From positions 745 to 64,744 of the forward strand of contig DATBNJ010000182.1 of NCBI GenBank assembly GCA_036554385.1: a stretch of DNA of 64,000 bases. The letters are read 5' to 3'. Positions within the stretch are counted from its first letter, which is position 1. Each line of letters opens with the position of its first letter. The translations under genes were made by a program, and so were the position numbers. A model generated the notes under the pieces. It worked only from the letters and a program-made list of their open reading frames with translations. It had not been told where the DNA came from and searched no databases. This DNA is from Marinagarivorans sp. GTDB taxonomy: Bacteria; Pseudomonadota; Gammaproteobacteria; Pseudomonadales; Cellvibrionaceae. Below are positions 51,029 to 59,893 of this stretch, in pieces.

Positions 51029-51450
51029 TTGGCTTTTAAGTCGGTTACACGCGGTTCTGTACGCTACTCACGACAGTTATAGATGCGCTTGGGCCCTTGT
51101 GGTTCCGAAAAGGCGCTGAGTTACATGTAAATATCCAGCATTATATCGGCTTGAGCAAGTATTGTGTGCGCTGAGGTTGTGTCTTGCTATAAGTGTATTT
51201 GTGCGCCATTAGTTTGGCGCTACCGTGCCGACGAGTGGCTTATAACCATTTAAGTGACTGTTAATTGACGCACAGAATCCCCTTTTAGTCATGAATACAA
51301 TCTGAGTGCGCTTGTCGTCACCGAATATAACCAATGCGCCGCTCGCATGGCAGCGTGAAGTCGAGAAATGTTTTGAGTAACGTTTCGGACAAAGAGCATA
51401 CCCGTTGACGACCTCGGATAACCCGCAAATCTTTGGGAATAGTCATTTAG

Positions 51451-52089
51451 GTGCGAAACCTTCAGTTAGCAAAAAAATATACAGCTCAGTATTTGGCTTG
51501 CGTTCGGTGGCGAGTGCAAGCCGTATGGTCCGGTGTTCAAGCGGTGCGTGCCCTTGGGTGCCGGTGGTTCGGGGCTCGGCAAGGCCGTTGCGGTAACTGC
51601 CGCGCGCGCGCTGTGCAAGGTTGGCGTGGAGGCCAGCGTTCGCAAGCCGGTGCCGCTATGATTGAGGTGCTGGCGGCGGTGTCTGTTGTGGGAGCTGTTT
51701 CGGCGGTCGCGTTGAATCAGCGTGAAGCCCTCGATAGCATGGCCTTGGAAACCCATGCTCAGGTCACTGCAGCGGCGTTACATAGCGCCGCACGAATGCA
51801 GCAGGCCCATTGGCTAGTAAGCGGTGGTGTGATCGAGGATTCGCCACTGGTCTATACGCCGACTGGTATTCCAATGGGGCTCGACGGCAACCCTGAGGCC
51901 AGCCGAGCTGATTGCCAAGCGCTCTGGCAATCGCTCGTTACAACACCTCAATCGCTGCGCAGCGCTCGACGCTTTTGGTCTATCGATAGCGCCGGCGAAT
52001 ACTGCCGTTTTACCTATCAGCACGAGAATCTCGCTCCCGTACTTATTAAGTACCACACGGTAACTGGCGATGTGCACTATCGGCGGTAG
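51451..52089 (+). CDS. Type IV prepilin-like protein (MSHA minor pilin-like); start uncertain
   Basis: Class III signal QAG|AAMIEVLAAVSVVGAVSAVAL with Glu at +5, then a C-terminal P.G...DC..LWQSL...C.F.Y...Y...G.V pattern. Confidence 0.65.
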   Translation: MRNLQLAKKYTAQYLACVRWRVQAVWSGVQAVRALGCRWFGARQGRCGNCRARAVQGWRGGQRSQAGAAMIEVLAAVSVVGAVSAVALNQREALDSMALETHAQVTAAALHSAARMQQAHWLVSGGVIEDSPLVYTPTGIPMGLDGNPEASRADCQALWQSLVTTPQSLRSARRFWSIDSAGEYCRFTYQHENLAPVLIKYHTVTGDVHYRR

Positions 52090-52224
52090 CTGGTGGCGCG
52101 CGTCAACAAGACCTTTTTCGCCATTGCTGCTGCCCTAAAAAGCGATTCGTGTCTTAAACTTAAGCTGTTAGCTTACGTACTAATATACTTAACAAGTAGC
52201 AAAGCTTAAATGCGAGGGCAATTC

Positions 52225-54042
52225 ATGGCCGAATATCGAGCACCACTGACCGATTTATCCTTTTTGCTGAAGTACCTTATCGAAGCGGATCAGCTGTGGC
52301 CTCAGCTAGGTATCCAAGATGCCGACCCAGAGACTGTTACGGCCATTTTAGGCGAAGCGGCCAAACTCTGTGAGCAGGTAGTTGCCCCGTTGAACCGAGA
52401 GGGCGATGAGGTTGGGTCGCACTTAAAGGCGGGCGAAGTGGTTGTGCCTGATGGCTTTGTCGAGGCTTATCGCGCCTATTGTGATGGTGGATGGGGGGCG
52501 CTAGGTGGGGACCCAGAGTTTGGCGGCATGGGTATGCCCAAGAGTCTTGTTGCCTGTGTTGAGGAAATGCTGCAGGGTGCCTGCATGGCTTTCGGCTTGG
52601 CGCCGATGTTGACCGCGGGTGCCTGCTTGGCCCTTCACGCTCACGGCAGTCAAAACTTAAAACAGCGCTTTTTGCCCTGCTTATATTCCGGTCAGTGGGC
52701 GGGCGCAATGGATTTAACCGAGCCGCATGCCGGTACCGACCTAGGCCTGATTCGCACCAAGGCCGTGCCCCTTAATACTACGCGACTTGAAGAACCTCTG
52801 TACCAACTCACGGGCACCAAAATATTTATTACCTGGGGCGAGCATTCGATGGCGGAAAATATTGTCCATCTCGTGCTGGCAAAGTTGCCCGATGCGCCTG
52901 CCGGTTCTAAAGGAATTTCGTTGTTTTTGGTGCCCAAATTTTTGCCCAACGAAGATGGCAGTTTGGGTGAGCGCAATGCATTGCACTGTGGTTCCCTCGA
53001 GAAAAAAATGGGTATTAAAGCCTCGGCGACTTGCGTGATGAATTTTGAAGGGGCGAAGGGCTGGCTGGTGGGTGAACCGCACAAAGGGCTGGCGGCCATG
53101 TTCACCATGATGAATTACGAGCGTTTAACCGTGGGTATTCAAGCGGTGGCGGTGGCTGAGGCGAGTTACCAAAGTGCTAAAGACTATGCGCTGGAGCGCT
53201 TGCAGAGCCGAAGTGCAACAGGCAAAAAGTACCCTGATGGCGCAGCTGACCCAATTATTGTGCACCCTGATGTGCGTCGAATGCTGCTACATATGCGCAG
53301 CTTTAATGAGGGCAGCCGAGCTTTTTATTTGTATGTGGCTAAATATCTCGACCTTGCAAAGTTTAGTGATAATGCCGAGCACAGCAAAGCCGCACAAGGG
53401 CGAGTGGCGTTATTAACGCCGATTGCTAAGGCTTTTATGAGCGACATGGCTTTATCGGCAGCTGTTGAAGGGCAGCAGGTCTTCGGTGGCCACGGTTATA
53501 TTCGCGAATGGGGCCAAGAGCAATACGTGCGCGATATCCGCATTACTCAAATTTACGAGGGCACCAACGGCATTCAAGCGTTGGACCTTTTGGGCCGCAA
53601 GGTGATCGCCAATAAGGCGGTAGACCTTGCCGCTTATTGCGAAGAAATAGCGCAATTTATTAACCAGTCGCTCGCCTGCGTTTGGCGTGCCGAAGGTGCG
53701 GCATTAGCTGGCGCTGTTGAAACCGTATTAGCCGTTGCCCGTGAGCTCGATGCGCGAACGCAACAAAACCCCGATACGATTGGCGATTGTGCCGTTGATT
53801 TTTTGCATTTGTTAGGCCTGATTTCTTATGGCTACCTATGGTTGAAGATGGCCGCTAGCGCAGATGCGATACAAAAAGAAAGCGGTGCTGATCGCGAGCG
53901 CTTCGGAAAAGATTTTTTAGCGGCTAAAGCACACGTCTGTCGTTACTTTTTTCACAGGGAGTTCCCTCGAGTTGATTTTTTGGTGCAGCGTATTCGTGCC
54001 GAAACAAGCGATGTAATGGCTATGTCAGACAACCAATTTTAA
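52225..54042 (+). CDS. Acyl-CoA dehydrogenase (about 600 aa class)
   Basis: YxAPLxD, MDLTEPHAGTDLG, GTKIFITWGEH, KKMGIKASATC, QIYEGTNGIQALDL. Confidence 0.93.
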   Translation: MAEYRAPLTDLSFLLKYLIEADQLWPQLGIQDADPETVTAILGEAAKLCEQVVAPLNREGDEVGSHLKAGEVVVPDGFVEAYRAYCDGGWGALGGDPEFGGMGMPKSLVACVEEMLQGACMAFGLAPMLTAGACLALHAHGSQNLKQRFLPCLYSGQWAGAMDLTEPHAGTDLGLIRTKAVPLNTTRLEEPLYQLTGTKIFITWGEHSMAENIVHLVLAKLPDAPAGSKGISLFLVPKFLPNEDGSLGERNALHCGSLEKKMGIKASATCVMNFEGAKGWLVGEPHKGLAAMFTMMNYERLTVGIQAVAVAEASYQSAKDYALERLQSRSATGKKYPDGAADPIIVHPDVRRMLLHMRSFNEGSRAFYLYVAKYLDLAKFSDNAEHSKAAQGRVALLTPIAKAFMSDMALSAAVEGQQVFGGHGYIREWGQEQYVRDIRITQIYEGTNGIQALDLLGRKVIANKAVDLAAYCEEIAQFINQSLACVWRAEGAALAGAVETVLAVARELDARTQQNPDTIGDCAVDFLHLLGLISYGYLWLKMAASADAIQKESGADRERFGKDFLAAKAHVCRYFFHREFPRVDFLVQRIRAETSDVMAMSDNQF

Positions 54043-54154
54043 TCGCTTTTTAAATCCAAGCGGGAACTTTTCCACACGTAAAAGCTCTTTTAGCTCCAGT
54101 CATACAGTCGGGTTTACGCCGGTAAACCCAATGTTTAACGGAGAGCCTTTACTT

Positions 54155-55504
54155 ATGAAACTCGTCTTTGCGTCTATCATTTTTGCGACTGGATTATGTT
54201 TAAACCTTGTACCCCATAGTGCGTATGCACTATGGCCTTCGGCTGATGGCGATGGCAAGGAGTTGCCCACCTTAGCCCCAATGCTCGAAAAAATTAATCC
54301 CGCTGTGGTTAATATCGCGACTTATACCTCGCGCGAGAATGACAACCCATTGCTCAGCGATCCAGCCTTCCGGCGCTTTTTTAATATTCCCGATCAGCCT
54401 CAACGCCGTGAGCGTAGCGCTGGGTCCGGTGTGATTATTGATGCAAAAGCCGGTACGGTTATTACGAACCACCACGTGATTAAAGGCGCTGATGAAATTC
54501 ATGTGTCGCTCACTGATGGGCGCTCTTACGAAGCCGAGTTGATTGGTAGTGACCCCGATGTTGATATCGCGGTATTAAAAATTGATGGCGACGGGCTAAC
54601 GGCGGTAAAAATGGCGGACTCAACACAAATGCGCGTAGGCGATTTTGTTGTTGCGATCGGTAACCCGTTTGGTTTGGGGCAGACCGTCACTACGGGTATT
54701 GTCAGTGCGCTCGGACGAACGGGGTTGGGTATTGAGGGGTACGAGGATTTTATCCAAACCGATGCCTCGATTAACCCGGGTAACTCTGGTGGGGCTTTAG
54801 TGAATTTAAAGGGCGAATTAATTGGTATTAATACCGCTATCATCGCACCAGCCGGCGGCAACGTGGGTATTGGTTTTGCCATTCCATCCAATATGGCGAA
54901 TGTTAGCGTTGAGCAAATTTTAAGTCACGGTGAAGTACGCCGCGGTCAAATCGGTGTGGGTATTCAAGATGTTAACCAGGATCTTCGAAAAGCCTTTGAT
55001 CTAAAAAACGGACAGCTGGGAGTTTTGGTTACCAGTGTGAGCGAAGGTTCTGAAGCGGAAAAGTCTGGTTTGTTGCCTGGCGATGTGATTATTGCGGTTG
55101 ACGGTAAAGATACCTTAAGTGCGAGCCAGTTGCGCAACCAAATTGGAATTCGTCGCATTGGCGATACCGTCAAAATTAACGTGATTCGCGAAGGCAAAGA
55201 AAAGTCATTTAAGGTCAAAGTGGGCGACCCCTCTAACCTTGCAATTAATGGCAAAGTGCATGGATTATTTGAAGGCGTAACGCTCGAAGAAAACAAAGAA
55301 GGTAACGGGGTGATCATCACCAAGCTATCGCGTGATAGTAAAGTGGCTCGCGTAGGGTTGCGGCCAGGCGATGTGATTATTGGTGCCAACCGCATGCGCA
55401 CTGATAATATGAACGACTTGAAGCAAGCGCTTCAGCGTAATAAATCTCAGGCGTTGCTACACGTGCAGCGCGGTATGGGTACCTTTTATATTGTGATTCA
55501 ATAA
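54155..55504 (+). CDS. degQ: Periplasmic HtrA/Do serine endoprotease with two PDZ domains
   Basis: Signal peptide; triad TNHHV / DIAVLK / GNSGGAL; two PDZ domains. The degQ versus degP call is not certain. Confidence 0.9.
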   Translation: MKLVFASIIFATGLCLNLVPHSAYALWPSADGDGKELPTLAPMLEKINPAVVNIATYTSRENDNPLLSDPAFRRFFNIPDQPQRRERSAGSGVIIDAKAGTVITNHHVIKGADEIHVSLTDGRSYEAELIGSDPDVDIAVLKIDGDGLTAVKMADSTQMRVGDFVVAIGNPFGLGQTVTTGIVSALGRTGLGIEGYEDFIQTDASINPGNSGGALVNLKGELIGINTAIIAPAGGNVGIGFAIPSNMANVSVEQILSHGEVRRGQIGVGIQDVNQDLRKAFDLKNGQLGVLVTSVSEGSEAEKSGLLPGDVIIAVDGKDTLSASQLRNQIGIRRIGDTVKINVIREGKEKSFKVKVGDPSNLAINGKVHGLFEGVTLEENKEGNGVIITKLSRDSKVARVGLRPGDVIIGANRMRTDNMNDLKQALQRNKSQALLHVQRGMGTFYIVIQ

Positions 55505-55733
55505 GCGCGCTTTTGCCGCTTAGGTTAGTCAGCCTTTGGCAGTATGAACCAAACGCGTTAATGTCATTCGGAGGCGTTAGTTTTTGGTGGCTACTCGCTA
55601 AAGGCGGCTTTTTTATGGGCTGCTAATTAACAGCGCAATCGAGGGTGGCGTAGGTTTAGGATGATGATTGGCGTGTTTGTGTGTAAAATCTCGCGCTTAT
55701 GTTCGTTCATTGATCGCAATAGGCTCCCCTCAG

Positions 55734-56642
55734 ATGACCAAGCCACTCACTAATTTATCAATCCGAGTGAATATTCCCGAAGAAAAGGAATATAAAGTTA
55801 AAGAAGAAACGGTGGTTTTATGGGAGAGGGTGATTTTTGCCGGTTTGTTGATGGTGGCAATTATTGCTGGTGGGGTCGCACTGCTCGTGTGGCCAACAGA
55901 CGATAAAGCCCCTGTGGCTTTAGGTTCTAATCCATCAGAGCCTGTTAGTGCACCTTTGCAAAGTGTCCTGCAACCCAGCGACAGCGTGGGTGGGCAGCAA
56001 GTAAACAAACAACAGGCTTTGGATGTTGGCGTGGTACAAGCGGTTGGTACTACAGCGAAGGCCAAGGTGCAGCTGGTCGAGCCTCGCACTGATACTGCGC
56101 CTGTTGCCAAAACCCCGCCGATCCCGGCACCTGCGCTGTCACAGGCTGAGCCTTCGGTCACGGTCGATAGTGGCACTGACGAACGCTTACTAGCCAACAG
56201 GGCCGCAGAAGCTAGTGCGCTAGTCGACAAAGAAAGCGTAAAAGATGCGGACGACACACAGCGCGATTCGCCACCCGCTGTTGACTTGCCGTTGGCACAG
56301 GTGAATAGCCATTCCAAACATATGCTGCGCGCGGCACTCGCTACTGCGGTATCTGGGCGCGAGCCTGGGAATAATGCAGCAGCGGTTTTGTATGTGCCCA
56401 AAGATCAGTTATTGACGGTGTATTTTTTTACTGAGTTAGACGGGCTGCGAAAGCAAACCGTACACTACGACTGGTTTCGCAATGATAAACGCGTTGCGCG
56501 CGTGAAAATTCGCCCGCGTTTTGATACCACGGGTAATTTTTCCAGCAAGTATATTAATACCCAAATGTTAGGGCAGTGGCGTGTTACAGCCCAAACCGCT
56601 GACGGCGAGTTACTTGCATCCGCGCGTTTTGAAGTGCGTTAA
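55734..56642 (+). CDS. DUF2914-domain membrane-anchored protein
   Basis: One TM helix, Pro/Ala linker, then RAxLAxAVxxREP...YFFTEL......Y.W......S.K......G.WRV. Confidence 0.8.
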   Translation: MTKPLTNLSIRVNIPEEKEYKVKEETVVLWERVIFAGLLMVAIIAGGVALLVWPTDDKAPVALGSNPSEPVSAPLQSVLQPSDSVGGQQVNKQQALDVGVVQAVGTTAKAKVQLVEPRTDTAPVAKTPPIPAPALSQAEPSVTVDSGTDERLLANRAAEASALVDKESVKDADDTQRDSPPAVDLPLAQVNSHSKHMLRAALATAVSGREPGNNAAAVLYVPKDQLLTVYFFTELDGLRKQTVHYDWFRNDKRVARVKIRPRFDTTGNFSSKYINTQMLGQWRVTAQTADGELLASARFEVR

Positions 56643-56748
56643 GCGCTTAGCTGATCGCAGTCTCGCGCGCTTTGGGATGTGTTCTCGTGGGCTGTTCTCG
56701 TAGCTAGAGCAGCCCAGCGTAGGGCAATGAGCGCTTGCCTTGAACGCG

Positions 56749-57102
56749 TCACACCGAAAATGATGCGCCGCAGCCACAGGTAGAGCTAGCATTGGGGTTT
56801 TCGACCGTGAAGCGTGAGCCTTGCAGTCCTTCTTGGTAGTCGACTCTAGCACCGACTAAGTAAGGGTAGCTCATGGGGTCGACTACGACGCGCACACCGT
56901 CTTTTTCGATAAGCGTGTCTTCCTCGTCGAGTTCTTCATCAAAGCTAAAGCCGTACTGAAAGCCCGAGCAGCCGCCACCGGTTACGTAAACGCGCAACAC
57001 AAGATTGGGGTTTTCTTCTTCCTCTACCAAGCTGCGCACTTTATTAATTGCGTTTGCGGTCACTTGAATAGGGGTTGGGGTATAGGATTGCGCGGAACTC
57101 AT
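56749..57102 (-). CDS. erpA: Fe-S cluster insertion protein ErpA
   Basis: [55 protein letters not shown]. Confidence 0.97.
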   Translation of the reverse strand: MSSAQSYTPTPIQVTANAINKVRSLVEEEENPNLVLRVYVTGGGCSGFQYGFSFDEELDEEDTLIEKDGVRVVVDPMSYPYLVGARVDYQEGLQGSRFTVENPNASSTCGCGASFSV

Positions 57103-57137
57103 AGGGGCCTCAACTTAAGATGGTTGTCGATTATTGT

Positions 57138-57162
57138 TAAGTTGAGTGTTTTAGTCAAGTAT
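57138..57162 (-). promoter_or_regulatory. IscR type 1 binding site upstream of erpA
   Basis: Minus strand ATACTTGACTAAAACACTCAACTTA matches ATASYYGACTRWWWYAGTCRRSTAT at 22 of 25 positions (counted by hand). erpA is a known IscR target in E. coli. Confidence 0.78.
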
Positions 57163-57311
57163 TGTTGCAACGGGTACGGGCCACCGGTAGTCCCGCCGCT
57201 ATAATCCCAGCGAATGACTTGGGTGCTGTTTGACGGGCTTTGGTGCTAGAGCTGTATCTAGGGAAAGATCGCTTCAAGCGATCTTTCCGCACTTCCTTTG
57301 GTCGTGGCGTG

Positions 57312-57749
57312 TCAGGATGGAGACTGGCCGGTTGCAGGCTTGGGCTTCGCTGCTGCAATGTGTTCGACTTTTTTGGCGTTGTCGGCTTTTTCATCAAAGT
57401 GAACAAGGTTGCCGTTGACTTGTGAGCCTTTGACCATCTCGATAATGTTGTAGTACACGTTGCCTTGTATAATGGCTTTAGAGGCCAGCTCCAAATGCGT
57501 CGTCGAGCGCACATCGCCGCGCACATTGCCGTTGATGACGGCGCCAGGGGCTCTGACTTCGCCTTCGACCAAGCCTTTTTCGTGAATGACGAGGCGCGCA
57601 TCATTGCCGCCTTCGGCAATCACGTTACCAATCACTTGGCCTTCGATTTGGAGTTCGCCAACAAAGTGGATATCTCCAACAACTTTAGTGCCCCGAGATA
57701 TCAGCGTGTGATTACTGCCGTGGTCAATTTCTTTTTTGGATCCGAACAT
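57312..57749 (-). CDS. Bactofilin (polymer-forming cytoskeletal protein)
   Basis: TLISRGTKVVGDIHFVGELQIEGQVIGNV..., repeated beta-helix GxVxG motifs. Confidence 0.93.
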   Translation of the reverse strand: MFGSKKEIDHGSNHTLISRGTKVVGDIHFVGELQIEGQVIGNVIAEGGNDARLVIHEKGLVEGEVRAPGAVINGNVRGDVRSTTHLELASKAIIQGNVYYNIIEMVKGSQVNGNLVHFDEKADNAKKVEHIAAAKPKPATGQSPS

Positions 57750-57757
57750 GATTCCCC

Positions 57758-58501
57758 CTAGTTAGCTAACCATTCGTAGCTTTGTGTGATGGTTGTATTT
57801 TTGTTGCCTGACACGTTGAGGTGTACCGCAACCTCACTGGGCTCAAAGCCCGTCGGCAGCTCGAAGGTGCCAGTCAAAGTTTGAAAATAGCGGAAGCGCA
57901 CTTTCAGCGCCGGCTTGTCATCGCCATTTTCTGCAACCGCTAATTCACTATAGTTGTAGGTGGCCGTTTTGCCGTTTTGCCTACCGCTAATTTCAATGGC
58001 AACGTGGCCTTTTACCCAGTCGGTGTGCTTGGCCAGCTGTTTGGCAACAACTTTGAATCTGTACTGGTTGGCTGCCCCAGCTGGGGTTAGCTCCCATTCG
58101 CCAAGGGCTGGCCCTTTCCCACCTTTACCTGGGCTCATGATATTGCGGTAAAAGTTGTTTTCTTCCTGCGTTTTTTGCAGCGCTGTTTTTAACTCTAGCA
58201 CCTCTTGGCGAACCGCTTCGTTGGCTTTGCGGTCCACTTCGGCACCGGTTTTGGTGTTGATCAGCTGCTGAGCCATTTCATTGTTGCTCGCTTCGAGCGT
58301 TTTGACGCGCTCGGCATGATCGGCCAACATTTGCTCAAGCAGTGCTTGTTGCACGGCACCCGTGCGGTAACCATGATGGTAACCGCCCATCGCCGAAGCC
58401 AGTATCGCAGCAACCGCAATAATGCGAATAGCCCACTGGAGTATGGGGCGATGGCGAACTACCACCATACGATGTTGGCGACTTTCTTTAACACTTGCCA
58501 T
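57758..58501 (-). CDS. DUF6776-like membrane-anchored coiled-coil protein
   Basis: TM helix, coiled coil, EENNFYRNIMSP, FRYFQTL.G...LP.GF.P; located between argC and bactofilin as in pseudomonads. Confidence 0.75.
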   Translation of the reverse strand: MASVKESRQHRMVVVRHRPILQWAIRIIAVAAILASAMGGYHHGYRTGAVQQALLEQMLADHAERVKTLEASNNEMAQQLINTKTGAEVDRKANEAVRQEVLELKTALQKTQEENNFYRNIMSPGKGGKGPALGEWELTPAGAANQYRFKVVAKQLAKHTDWVKGHVAIEISGRQNGKTATYNYSELAVAENGDDKPALKVRFRYFQTLTGTFELPTGFEPSEVAVHLNVSGNKNTTITQSYEWLAN

Positions 58502-58513
58502 GGTTAGCGCACG

Positions 58514-59554
58514 TTATGGAAGTAACGAGGCAAAATTTAGGCCGCAACGCTCATCGAGTCCAAACATAATATTCATGTTTTGCACGGCCTGCCCCGAGGA
58601 GCCTTTGGTGAGGTTATCTTCCACGACGGTGATAACTGCGGTGTCACGGCCTTGTGGCTGGTGAACGGCGATTCGGCAAATATTGGTACCTTTGACAGTT
58701 CGAGTCTCCGGTAAACTGCCCGCCGGCAGCACATCGACAAACGGCTCGTTTTGGTAAGCGGTCTCGAAAACCTGCTGCAAGTCGGTGCTTTTATTTTTGA
58801 GGGTGGCAAAGAGCGTTGCATGAATGCCGCGACTCATTGGTATCAGGTGCGGCACAAATGTGAGCTTAATCTCGTGTGTGCCGCCGGTAAAGTCGGTCAG
58901 TAATTGTTCAAGCTCCGGCAAGTGCCGGTGGCCATCGACACCGTAGGCTTTAAAGCTTTCGCAAAGCTCCGTGTGTAGCATGGCGACTTTAGCGCTACGG
59001 CCGGCACCGCTGGCGCCGCTTGCCGCACTTGCAATAAGGTGATTGGTATCGACTAAGCCCTGCTCTATAAGTGGTTTAAAGCCGAGCAAAATAGCCGTTG
59101 GATAGCAGCCAGGGCAGGCAATAAGGCGCGCATTTTTGATGGCCTCGCGGTTGAACTCGGGTAGGCCGTAAACGGCTTCGCTCACCCATTGTTTGGCGCC
59201 ATGCTCTTGGTTATACCACTGCTCCCACACTGCTACGTCGCGGATGCGGAAGTCCGCTGATAGGTCAATGATTTTAGCGCCGCCTTCCAGAAGCTCGCCG
59301 GCAGACGCTTGTGCAACACCGTGTGGGGTAGCAAAAAATATCACATCACAGGCGAGTAGCTCGTCCGTGTTGGGGCTGCTGAAATACAGGTTGTCGTAGT
59401 GACCGCGAAGGTTGGGAAATAGCTCTGTGACCGCTCGCCCATCTTCCGCGCGCGAGGTTATGACGCTAACTTCGGAGTGTGGATGGTTGGCGAGTATTCG
59501 GAGCAATTCAACGCCGGTGTAGCCGGTGCCGCCGACAATACCTACTTTAATCAC
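58514..59554 (-). CDS. argC: N-acetyl-gamma-glutamyl-phosphate reductase
   Basis: [61 protein letters not shown]. Confidence 0.98.
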   Translation of the reverse strand: MIKVGIVGGTGYTGVELLRILANHPHSEVSVITSRAEDGRAVTELFPNLRGHYDNLYFSSPNTDELLACDVIFFATPHGVAQASAGELLEGGAKIIDLSADFRIRDVAVWEQWYNQEHGAKQWVSEAVYGLPEFNREAIKNARLIACPGCYPTAILLGFKPLIEQGLVDTNHLIASAASGASGAGRSAKVAMLHTELCESFKAYGVDGHRHLPELEQLLTDFTGGTHEIKLTFVPHLIPMSRGIHATLFATLKNKSTDLQQVFETAYQNEPFVDVLPAGSLPETRTVKGTNICRIAVHQPQGRDTAVITVVEDNLTKGSSGQAVQNMNIMFGLDERCGLNFASLLP

Positions 59555-59797
59555 AGTTCACCTCTGTTGTGTGTTCTAGCTAGAATTAGCGCTTTGCTAA
59601 GTCGTTTAATCCGTTACACTGGCAGGCGCACGCTTGGATTGCGTTAACCCATAACCCATTAAACCCAGTGCGGGCCCGTAACGGCTTTTATGTGTGCTAT
59701 TTTTTGCTGCGCATAGCTTTTGGGACGACTGCATAATAAGGCTCGGGTTGAGTCGCCATCATTTGTCCTAAGCTGCCTTGTATTGCGGCTAAGCGGT

Positions 59798-59839
59798 TGT
59801 CGTTAAAGGCAAATACGCTGTCGCAAAGGAAATAATACG
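59798..59839 (+). promoter_or_regulatory. Tandem 21-bp repeat resembling a Pseudomonas-type ArgR (AraC-family) site
   Basis: TGTCGT-N8-AA-N5 followed directly by TGTCGC-N8-TA, each one mismatch from TGTCGC-N8-AA-N5. Confidence 0.4.
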
Positions 59840-59893
59840 CGCCGATGCCGCGTATGGTAATGACCTTTCACTTAAAACAAAAGCTATATCACT

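Noticed and set aside
51205-51232. Possible sigma54 promoter for the pspA-like module (TGGCGC..TGC / GGCACG..GC)
   Set aside because: GG-to-GC spacing is 9 nt on both strands, and sigma54 needs 10.
57155-57619. 154-aa minus-strand ORF overlapping bactofilin and the erpA promoter
   Set aside because: Alternative-frame overlap with the clearly supported bactofilin gene; no motif.
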